Shown here: piece after piece, positions 28,226 through 36,611 of the stretch | Position numbering within the stretch: position 1 is the stretch's first letter | Layout: every line of letters begins with the position of its first letter | From: an uncultured Blastocatellaceae bacterium | Lineage (GTDB): Bacteria; Acidobacteriota; Blastocatellia; Pyrinomonadales; Pyrinomonadaceae | Direction: 5' to 3' | Length of the DNA stretch: 64,000 nt | NCBI GenBank assembly: GCA_964486055.1 | Contig: CAZALE010000002.1 | Coordinates: 289,048-353,047 of the forward strand | Notes under the pieces: model-generated | What the model was told of the DNA's origin: nothing | Databases searched by the model: none | Seen by the model: only the letters and a program-made list of their open reading frames with translations | Program-made: the position numbers and the translations under genes

Positions 28226-29458
28226 ATGAGCCAAAAAACTTCGTACCCAAGAGAGAAAATAAAAATTTTGCTTTTAGAAAACATCGCTGATTCAGCTGTA
28301 GAAGAATTTAAAGCCCGGGGATACGTGAACGTAATTAAGCATAGCGCTGCCTTGAATGAGGAAGAGCTGATTAAGCGAATTAGAGACGTGCATATCTTAG
28401 GAATTCGATCAAAAACCCTCATTACTGAAAGAATCTTAGAGAATGCTTCTAAATTACTAGCTATTGGATGTTTTTGCATCGGCACGAACCAAGTTAATTT
28501 GAAAGCTGCAATGCGTAAGGGTGTAGCTGTATTCAACGCTCCTTATTCAAACACACGTTCTGTAGCTGAGCTGATCATAGGGTTATGTATAATGCTGATC
28601 CGCAGAATAATTGATAAACAAAATGCTGCACATCGTGGAATATGGCTAAAGGACTCCAAGGATAGCTATGAACTTAGAGGGAAAACTCTGGGTATAATTG
28701 GCTATGGTAACATCGGCTCACAAGTATCAGTGCTGGCTGAGGCCATGGGAATGAATGTGATTTACTACGACATTGCGACGCGCCTTCCTCATGGAAATGC
28801 AAAGCAAGTGCGCAGTTTAAAAGATTTGCTAGAGCAATCTAACATAATAACATTACACGTTCCCTCAGATCACACAACTCGTAACATGATAAATGAAGAA
28901 ACCCTAAAATACTGCAGAAAAGGTGCCATATTATTGAATTACTCTAGAGGAGATGTAGTTGATTTAAATGCCCTTAAAAAATACATCGATGATGGAATAA
29001 TATCTGGAGCTGCAATTGATGTTTTCCCAGAGGAACCAGAGAAATACGGTGATTCATTTAGCTGCATTCTGCAAAATTTACCTAATGTCATTCTCACACC
29101 TCATATCGGCGGTTCGACCGAGGAAGCACAGGCAAACATAGGTTTAGATGTGTCCAACAAACTGATAAAATACATAGAGTTGGGAGCTTCAGAAGGTTCA
29201 CATACAGTTCCATCAGTAAATTTACCTCCTCAAGCGGGCACCCATAGAATTCTTCATATTCATGAGAACGTCCCTGGAGTTCTCTCTCAAATTAATTCGG
29301 AACTATCTAGAAGAGGGATAAACATACTAGGACAGTATCTGAAAACAAATGAAGAAATTGGTTATGTGATCCTTGATGTAGATAAAAAAATATCGCATGA
29401 GGCATTTGAAATAATAAAAAAGGTGAAAGGAACGATAAAGGCTAGAATAGTCTATTAA
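28226..29458 (+). CDS. serA: D-3-phosphoglycerate dehydrogenase with C-terminal ACT domain (E. coli SerA type)
   Basis: Collinear with E. coli SerA as I recall it: KILLLENI, IGCFCIGTNQV, NAPYSNTRSVAELIIG, GIIGYGNIGSQ, TPHIGGSTEEAQ, HIHENVPGVLS. Start at Met12 of the track ORF. Confidence 0.9.
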   Translation: MSQKTSYPREKIKILLLENIADSAVEEFKARGYVNVIKHSAALNEEELIKRIRDVHILGIRSKTLITERILENASKLLAIGCFCIGTNQVNLKAAMRKGVAVFNAPYSNTRSVAELIIGLCIMLIRRIIDKQNAAHRGIWLKDSKDSYELRGKTLGIIGYGNIGSQVSVLAEAMGMNVIYYDIATRLPHGNAKQVRSLKDLLEQSNIITLHVPSDHTTRNMINEETLKYCRKGAILLNYSRGDVVDLNALKKYIDDGIISGAAIDVFPEEPEKYGDSFSCILQNLPNVILTPHIGGSTEEAQANIGLDVSNKLIKYIELGASEGSHTVPSVNLPPQAGTHRILHIHENVPGVLSQINSELSRRGINILGQYLKTNEEIGYVILDVDKKISHEAFEIIKKVKGTIKARIVY

Positions 29459-29693
29459 ATATCAGACTCTTCTGAAACAATACCGGGAGACTAGTGACCA
29501 AGTGATTTGTTAAATCTCTTACATTGAGCTGGCTATCTATTTACAGGACTTTTGACTGAAATAATCCGGCCTTCGACACCGGCGCAAGTAAGCGTCATTC
29601 CTAATCTCAATTTTTGCTGATTATATCGGTCTTCCGTTTAGAATTGGCTGAATCGAAGCTTAGTCTACGTTTTTAATGAACAAAATACTGGAC

Positions 29694-31463
29694 TCATTTT
29701 AATGTCAATTCAAATGGCATTAACATCATTGCATCACCATTACCAGCTCTTTCAAAAATAAGGGCATACCTAATGGCTTTTTGCATGTTTTCTGGCATGA
29801 TCTCGATTAGTTTTCTAGTTGCTGCAAAAGTTTCATCTTCTTTTCTACCTAAAAATCGCTCGAAAAATGGCTTTGGTTTTGGAAAAGTAATTCTCTGAAC
29901 GTCTTTATCGGCTGGCAATCCGGCCAATTCTTTTGCAATTTCAATGGCTTTCTCTAGGCCACCAATTTCATCTACTAAACCTCTTTCCTTAGCCTGTGCG
30001 CCAGTCCACACTCTGCCTTGACCTATCGAGTCTATCTCTTCGAGAGATCTACCTCTCCCCTGTGCTACCTTTGGCACAAATTCATCATAATAGATTCTGT
30101 TTGCCAGCTCCCTCATCTTAGCTTCCTCTTCCAGGGTCCAGCGTTCGGTCTCTCTAAACAAACCAGCATTTTTGCCCCTCATTACGTATTCATTATTCAA
30201 ACCCAACCAGTCATAAAAGCCCTTCAATACTGGCTTACCCAGGAAAACACCGATTGATCCTGTTATGGTAGAGCTTTCAGCCACGATTTTGTTAGCATTG
30301 CAAGATATGTAGTAGCCTCCTGAAGCTGCCACGTCAGACATTGATACAACCACCGGTTTTTTAGCTTTCGCTTTTTCAATGGCATGCCAGATAAGATCAG
30401 AGGCCAGAGCAGATCCACCTGGAGAATCAACCCGTATAACTATCGCCTTTATACTCTCATCAGAAGCTGCATCCGATATTGCTCTTACCATTGTATTAGA
30501 CCCTATAGTTTGTCCATAGAAAAACTCAGATTCACCAGAATTGATAGGACCAGCTGCAAATATGACCGCTATCTTTTCACCAGTATTCAACCCTAATGAA
30601 TCTGCAGAGACTCTTCTGTAAGACTCAGCACTAACTAGCCTAAGTTTCTCATCTTCCTTGTAACCTAAGCGGCTTTTTAGTTCGTCGTAGACTTCCTCTT
30701 TGTAAAGTGCTCCATCGATTAATCCTAGTTCATTCGCCATCTTAGCTGAATATGGCGCCTCATCTATAAGATTTCTTACTTCATCAGGAGTTTTCTTCCT
30801 AGCTTCTGCGATAGCTGCAATCAAACGGTTAAAGTAGTCATCTAAGACGGCGTTTATAACTTCTCGGTGCTCAGGTGACATTTGTTTTCTAGTATATTGA
30901 TCGGGAGCATTTTTGTACTTTCCGATTTGAATAACTTGAGGTTCAATTCCGAGTTTATCAAGCGCTCCTCGAAAAAACATAACCTCAGCCATCAAACCTG
31001 TGATGTACAAGTCACCACTTGGAGGGAGAAAAATTTTATCTGCTGCCGTCGCAATGTAATATTCCTTTATCGTTCCGACCTCCATATAAGCGTATACAGG
31101 CTTTCCCGCCTCTCGAACATCAAGGAGTGCCCTACGTAGTTCTTCTGCCTTAGCCCAACCTATAGCCGGAAAATCAATGTTAACCAGAACGGCGGCAATT
31201 TTTGAATCTGTCTTAGCCTTACGAAGCTGGGTTATTAAGGAGATAAATGACTTACCCTGTTCAATTTCAAGAGCTTCAGCTAGAGGATCCTCTGGAACAT
31301 AATCCGGAAGTTGTCCCGACAGATTAACCACTAAAACGCTATTAGACGACACCGCTGGTTTATTATAAAGCGAAAAAAATAAAAGCCCGGCTACGGCTAA
31401 AATTAACAATACTAGTAATAAAGCACCGAGAAAAACTAAAAAAATCTTCAAACCTCTGGACAT
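29694..31463 (-). CDS. sppA: signal peptide peptidase SppA, 67K (two S49 domains) type
   Basis: N-terminal TM anchor and duplicated S49 domains (SPGGSALASD...; MSDVAASGGYYI). Confidence 0.85.
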   Translation of the reverse strand: MSRGLKIFLVFLGALLLVLLILAVAGLLFFSLYNKPAVSSNSVLVVNLSGQLPDYVPEDPLAEALEIEQGKSFISLITQLRKAKTDSKIAAVLVNIDFPAIGWAKAEELRRALLDVREAGKPVYAYMEVGTIKEYYIATAADKIFLPPSGDLYITGLMAEVMFFRGALDKLGIEPQVIQIGKYKNAPDQYTRKQMSPEHREVINAVLDDYFNRLIAAIAEARKKTPDEVRNLIDEAPYSAKMANELGLIDGALYKEEVYDELKSRLGYKEDEKLRLVSAESYRRVSADSLGLNTGEKIAVIFAAGPINSGESEFFYGQTIGSNTMVRAISDAASDESIKAIVIRVDSPGGSALASDLIWHAIEKAKAKKPVVVSMSDVAASGGYYISCNANKIVAESSTITGSIGVFLGKPVLKGFYDWLGLNNEYVMRGKNAGLFRETERWTLEEEAKMRELANRIYYDEFVPKVAQGRGRSLEEIDSIGQGRVWTGAQAKERGLVDEIGGLEKAIEIAKELAGLPADKDVQRITFPKPKPFFERFLGRKEDETFAATRKLIEIMPENMQKAIRYALIFERAGNGDAMMLMPFELTLK

Positions 31464-31570
31464 TTTTCAAAACTCCTTTATCTTCGAGAATTCAACTCAT
31501 TTTACGCTCAATCTATAAATTAAGTTTCTATTTTTTCTCATGCAAGTAGCGAGGTTATCATTGTTCTGTT

Positions 31571-32290
31571 ATGAAAATACTTCTAGTTGAAGATGAGAAA
31601 CATCTGGCAGACGGATTGAAGTTTAATCTAGAGGCTGAGGGATTTGAGGTAGAGATTGCTGAGGATGGCGAATCTGCTTTGCGTAAATTAGATGAGAAAA
31701 ACTTCGATGCGATAGTGCTGGATGTCATGCTGCCAAAGGTCGATGGATTCACAGTTGCAATGCGACTTCGCCAGCGTGAAAACTTCACTCCTATTTTAAT
31801 GCTCACAGCTCTCGGAAAATCAGACGACGTTCTTCAAGGTTTCGCTGCGGGTGCTGACGATTATCTCCCCAAACCTTTCGATCTAGCCATTTTCATGGCA
31901 AGACTCAATGGTCTTCTGCGCCGACGCGAATGGCTTAAGCGCTCAACGGTTAAAAACGCCGACGAGGACAACAATGTTTTTGTCATAAATGGTCGTGTCA
32001 TAGACCTGGATAACCTCGAGATAAGATTCAATAACGAAGTAAAAAAATTGACATTAATGGAAGCAAAATTCTTGCGCTATTTGATTGAGAATCAAGGAAG
32101 AGCTATTTCAAGGAAAATGATCTTAGAGGAGGTTTGGGGCCTTCGTGACGATACTGATACTAGAGCGATCGATAATTTTATCGTGCGCCTTAGGAGATAC
32201 CTTGAAGACGAACCCAACAAACCAAGGTTATTACAAACCGTAAGAGGAGTTGGTTATCGTTTCGTAAAAGACACCCCGGAAAATACTTAA
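31571..32290 (+). CDS. OmpR/PhoB-family response regulator
   Basis: REC domain (KILLVEDE, DAIVLDVMLPKVDG, LTA, ADDYLPKPF) plus a C-terminal winged helix (LQTVRGVGYRF). No histidine kinase gene adjacent. Confidence 0.9.
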   Translation: MKILLVEDEKHLADGLKFNLEAEGFEVEIAEDGESALRKLDEKNFDAIVLDVMLPKVDGFTVAMRLRQRENFTPILMLTALGKSDDVLQGFAAGADDYLPKPFDLAIFMARLNGLLRRREWLKRSTVKNADEDNNVFVINGRVIDLDNLEIRFNNEVKKLTLMEAKFLRYLIENQGRAISRKMILEEVWGLRDDTDTRAIDNFIVRLRRYLEDEPNKPRLLQTVRGVGYRFVKDTPENT

Positions 32291-32303
32291 GCAAGATAGC
32301 CAA

Positions 32304-33674
32304 TCAAATCCTATATCTATTTACAACTTTTAATTCCTTACGCCATGCCCTATCCAATTCGATTACATAGATTTCGATATCTCCACGAATTGCCTCTGCC
32401 AAAAACCTTATTTCTTTATGAAAAGACAATTCAGGAGCGACCAAATAAATGTGAGCCGGTTTATTTGCAACAATAGCACTATTGAAAACACCTTTACGCC
32501 TTGCAAGTTCGATCTTAAGCCAATAACTGAGACTTTGAAATAATATTTCAGCCGTTGGCTTGATTTTCGTTTCGATTATTATAATCTCACCTCGACTGCT
32601 AAAGGCTAATAAGTCAAGGCGATTTTTTTCTACTCTGAATTGACTATAAACTGGTGAGACATAAAAATCTTCGTCCAGACGCTTTATCTGGGATTTAACA
32701 GTAAATTCAAGCCATGCCTCTGGTAGCATCGTGTAAAAAAGATGCTTTTTATTGGGGCTATCGAAACTTCTGTATTTTTTTAATTCTTCTACCAATAGCT
32801 CTAATTCGGTGAGGTTAGGGCTCATCAACCGTTTTCTTTTTTCTATACCGAAGAGAATTGATTCTTTATCGATAAAAGCAAATGGTAGACCCAAGAATCT
32901 CAGAATTGTCTTATTTCCCGCGGAAACAGCTTCAATCCTTTTTGAATCGAGAGAAATTATTCTGCGAATAAGCTCATTTGAAACGGGTTTTGTCGGGGCA
33001 CACCACTTAACCTCGCCGTCTAAATCTCCAGAGGGAATCTTTATGTCATGATTAGAATCAAGCTCATATATCTCAATTAGGTTCTTCCAGGAATCAGACA
33101 AAAGCTCATGTAGTCCTAGAGCATGTGCTGCCTGTTCTTTTCGCAAAACCAAGGAGATTTTGCCAATTTTCTCTCCTCTGTCAATCCAGCCCTTGATCAG
33201 CAGAATTGCTTTTGTAAACAGTTTCTCTGCTCCTAAATTTTCATCCACTATTACAGCTGATCTACCGCTTGCTGTATTCTCTAAACAAATATGATAGCCA
33301 GCAGCAGATTTGATTCCTTTAAATCCGGCCTGCAAACATGATGAGGTATTTCCAATGACATTCCTCACTAAAATGTCATTCTTTTTCAGAATGGAAGCTT
33401 TAAGTTTTTCGGTTCCAAATTTACGGGATAGTTTCAGAACTACTTTATGATAATCGCTCAGATCGTAATCCTCGACGTACCAAACATCACAGCATTCAAT
33501 CCCGAAAAAATAAATCAAAATCTTATTTCTAAAGCGCTCTAGCTTAATTTTCTCCGAAGCGAACACTCGTCCATTTGAAAACACAACTTGAAATGGACCA
33601 GAGGATATAAAATCTTCGAGGGCATCTACTCCTATCAGGTACATGTCTACCGTCACAACGTCATTTTCATCCAA
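32304..33674 (-). CDS. hypothetical protein with C-terminal NucS/DUF91-like PD-(D/E)xK nuclease-fold motif
   Basis: The C-terminal ~120 aa carry E (EAWLEF) ... RLDLLAF ... GEIIIIETKIK ... LFQSLSYW, i.e. an E / D / ExK / QxxxY arrangement. I recognise no motif in the N-terminal ~330 aa. Confidence 0.7.
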   Translation of the reverse strand: MDENDVVTVDMYLIGVDALEDFISSGPFQVVFSNGRVFASEKIKLERFRNKILIYFFGIECCDVWYVEDYDLSDYHKVVLKLSRKFGTEKLKASILKKNDILVRNVIGNTSSCLQAGFKGIKSAAGYHICLENTASGRSAVIVDENLGAEKLFTKAILLIKGWIDRGEKIGKISLVLRKEQAAHALGLHELLSDSWKNLIEIYELDSNHDIKIPSGDLDGEVKWCAPTKPVSNELIRRIISLDSKRIEAVSAGNKTILRFLGLPFAFIDKESILFGIEKRKRLMSPNLTELELLVEELKKYRSFDSPNKKHLFYTMLPEAWLEFTVKSQIKRLDEDFYVSPVYSQFRVEKNRLDLLAFSSRGEIIIIETKIKPTAEILFQSLSYWLKIELARRKGVFNSAIVANKPAHIYLVAPELSFHKEIRFLAEAIRGDIEIYVIELDRAWRKELKVVNRYRI

Positions 33675-33733
33675 TCAACCGTAAAATACAAGCAATCATT
33701 TGGGTTGTTATTAAAAATCATTCAGAGATAGTT

Positions 33734-34453
33734 ATGAAATTACTTCTGATTCAACGTGTTGTGGTAACATTTTCTCTTATGCCAATCAGATTTTGGCTTT
33801 TTTTAATTTCTCTAGTTCTATCTAGCTCTTTTTGTTTTGCTTGTCGCCAGGTAAGTAACTTAAATCAAAACATAGCCCCTACAAAAGAATCTGCAATAAA
33901 GATAGAAACCTTAGAGCCTGAGACTTTCCAAGCTGATATAATTTTCAGCGTCGAGGGAAGCAATCCTAAAAGGATATTCATTGCGAAAAATGCTGAAAAT
34001 CAATTGATAAAATTTGGTGATGAAACGGGACAGCTTCAAAAAGGAGAAAAAGTTTTTATACTAAACTATCGCAAAAAACTCTTTGCTGAAGCGAATACTA
34101 AAAGTAAGCTAACTGAGGAGAGATCAGATTTTCAGTTTCTGATTTCCCCACTCTTGAACAACAAGTATCAAGCAGATATTAATTACATTGGCACAGAAAA
34201 CGGTCTGGATCAATATCTCGTGAAGCTCGATAATTCATCAAAATCTGAGATCGTTTTTTTCTATGATCCGAATGAAAAGATCATAAAAAGGCGTGATTAT
34301 TATTCACTGACAGATTCAAAGAAACTCATATATAGCATCGAAATACAAAACTTTCGCCCTCAAATTGATCCATCAATTTTTGACTTACCTTCGGATTTTA
34401 AAAAAGTTACAATTGGCGAGTTTGACGAAATTATATGGAAGGGACGATTATGA
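33734..34453 (+). CDS. hypothetical exported protein / possible lipoprotein
   Basis: Hydrophobic N-terminus ending ...SSSFCFAC (a possible lipobox if the start is Met17, 33782). No catalytic motif. Confidence 0.55.
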   Translation: MKLLLIQRVVVTFSLMPIRFWLFLISLVLSSSFCFACRQVSNLNQNIAPTKESAIKIETLEPETFQADIIFSVEGSNPKRIFIAKNAENQLIKFGDETGQLQKGEKVFILNYRKKLFAEANTKSKLTEERSDFQFLISPLLNNKYQADINYIGTENGLDQYLVKLDNSSKSEIVFFYDPNEKIIKRRDYYSLTDSKKLIYSIEIQNFRPQIDPSIFDLPSDFKKVTIGEFDEIIWKGRL

Positions 34454-34851
34454 ACGAGCTTAAAGAAAAAGCACTCGAAATATTCCGTAGAGTTCCATAC
34501 ATAAATTTACTACAGATGGAACTAATCGAGGTTAAGCCCGGCGAAGCAACTCTGGAGCTGAAAATAAGAGACGAGCTCAGACAGCCTCAGGGATTACTTC
34601 ATGGAGGAGCAATTTCATCATTAATCGACACCGCTACGGCATTCGCTGCAGCTACAATGTTAGAAAATGGTGAGAACGCCTTTACCTCTAATCTAACCGT
34701 TCACTTCCTTCGCTCTGTAAAAGAAGGAAAAGTCATGTGCAAGGCCAAGGTCATCAAAAGCGGCAAACGACTTATCACCGTCTCAGCAGACGTTTTGAAT
34801 GAATCTGATGAGTTGGTAGCTACTTCATTAACTTCCTATTCAAGAAACTGA
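34450..34851 (+). CDS. PaaI/YbgC-like hotdog-fold thioesterase
   Basis: GLLHGGAISSLIDTA motif and ~135 aa length. ATG 34450 overlaps the upstream TGA (ATGA). Confidence 0.75.
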   Translation: MNELKEKALEIFRRVPYINLLQMELIEVKPGEATLELKIRDELRQPQGLLHGGAISSLIDTATAFAAATMLENGENAFTSNLTVHFLRSVKEGKVMCKAKVIKSGKRLITVSADVLNESDELVATSLTSYSRN

Positions 34852-34853
34852 AA

Positions 34854-36605
34854 ATGCAAGAAATAAAGATACTCTGGCAATACCTAAAGCCTTATAAACT
34901 ATCAATTCTACTGAGTATATTCTTCATTTTAACCTCAATGGCCGTAGGACTACTTATCCCTTACCTAGTTGGGATGGCGATAGATGACCTAGCCCAAGGC
35001 GTTACGTGGCGAAAGGCCCTCATGTATCCATTGGCAATTCTATCTGCAAGCTTCATAAGTGGAATTTTTTTATTTTGGCAAAGAAGGCTGCTGATCAATG
35101 CCTCTAGACACATAGAATACGATATGCGCAGAGATTTCTACGCCTCACTGGTCTATCAACCATTGGAATTTTTTCAGAAACATCGAGTCGGCGATCTGAT
35201 GGCTAGAGCAACTAACGATCTAGCCGCAGTCCGCCAAATCGTCGGCCCAATGATTCTCTACTCATTCCAAGCAATTTTCGCCCTACTGGTAGTCTTACCT
35301 ATCTTGCTCAGCATCTCGATCAAGTTAACTCTACTACTGTTAATGACAATGCCATTGGTTTCGATAACAGTTAAGATTCTCGGACAAATAATCCATACGC
35401 GCTTTGAAAAAGTACAAGAAAAATTCTCTGAGATAACAGCGATGGCCCAGGAAAATCTAGCTGGTGTCAGGGTTATAAGAGCATTTGCTCAAGAAGACTC
35501 AGAAATTCAGAGATTTGAAAAACTAAACAGAGAATATGCAGCTCAGAATCTAGCGCTCGTTAGGTATTCAGCGGCAATGCGCCCCTTGTTATTTTTCCTG
35601 ATTGGGATGGGATTTGTAATAATCATAGCCGTTGGAGTACCAATGGCGATTCACGGTGAAATATCAGCCGGCGATTTTACCGCTTTCATCCTTTATCTAC
35701 AAAGAATGATTTGGTATCTGATAGCTTTAGGATACGTTGTAAATTTGTATCAGCGCGGCATGGCCTCGCTGAAACGTATAAGACAGATTCAAGACATTCA
35801 ACCTTCGATACGTGACCTTCCAAACGCAATCGAGTCGCCCGAAATAAAGGGCACAATAGAATTTAAAAACTTGAGCTTCTCGTATGATGAAAAACCGGTC
35901 CTGAAGAATATCAATCTGAGGATCGAGGCTGGAAAAACCGTGGCCTTCGTAGGAAAAACTGGGAGCGGCAAATCTACACTTATCAGCTTAATTCCCAGGC
36001 TTATAGAAGCACCAGAAAATACTGTTTTCATTGATGGAATATCGGTTAGAAACTACAGATTGAAGGACTTAAGATCTGCCATTGGATTTGTACCACAAGA
36101 GACATTTCTTTTTAGCGATACTTTGGCTGCAAATATGGCATTCGGAGTGCAAGATGATGACACGACGAGGCTCAGAGAAGCAATCGAGGAAATTGTGCGA
36201 ATCGTTTGTCTAAGTGAAGACATTAAACAGTTTCCTAAAGGACTGGAGCAGATGGTTGGAGAAAGAGGCATTACTCTCTCTGGAGGACAGAAACAACGCG
36301 TTGCTATAGCTAGAGCATTGATTCGCAATCCAAAGATACTGATTCTCGACGACGCCTTATCCGCTGTTGATACAGCTACAGAGGAAAACATACTAAAAAA
36401 TCTCAGAGCCCTGAGAGATGGCAGAACTATCCTGATAGTATCTCATCGCATCTCGACCGTCTGCGACGCTGATTTAATTTGTGTTTTAAAGGATGGAGAA
36501 ATAGTTGAAAGAGGTACACATGACGAATTGCTCAATCTACAAGGAGAATACGCAGATTTATACCGCCGCCAGCTATTAGAGGAAGAGATAGAAGCTACAG
36601 CTTAA
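34854..36605 (+). CDS. ABC exporter half-transporter (TMD-NBD), canonical signature but Walker B-Asp (degenerate catalytic base)
   Basis: Walker A GKTGSGKST, signature LSGGQKQ, Walker B ILILDDALS (Asp where the catalytic Glu is expected), H-loop IVSHRIS. Confidence 0.9.
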   Translation: MQEIKILWQYLKPYKLSILLSIFFILTSMAVGLLIPYLVGMAIDDLAQGVTWRKALMYPLAILSASFISGIFLFWQRRLLINASRHIEYDMRRDFYASLVYQPLEFFQKHRVGDLMARATNDLAAVRQIVGPMILYSFQAIFALLVVLPILLSISIKLTLLLLMTMPLVSITVKILGQIIHTRFEKVQEKFSEITAMAQENLAGVRVIRAFAQEDSEIQRFEKLNREYAAQNLALVRYSAAMRPLLFFLIGMGFVIIIAVGVPMAIHGEISAGDFTAFILYLQRMIWYLIALGYVVNLYQRGMASLKRIRQIQDIQPSIRDLPNAIESPEIKGTIEFKNLSFSYDEKPVLKNINLRIEAGKTVAFVGKTGSGKSTLISLIPRLIEAPENTVFIDGISVRNYRLKDLRSAIGFVPQETFLFSDTLAANMAFGVQDDDTTRLREAIEEIVRIVCLSEDIKQFPKGLEQMVGERGITLSGGQKQRVAIARALIRNPKILILDDALSAVDTATEENILKNLRALRDGRTILIVSHRISTVCDADLICVLKDGEIVERGTHDELLNLQGEYADLYRRQLLEEEIEATA

Positions 36606-36611
36606 AAAATA

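Noticed and set aside
28159-28536. 125-aa minus-strand ORF over the serA 5' region
   Set aside because: Antisense to serA, which is collinear with E. coli SerA from residue 1. No independent support.
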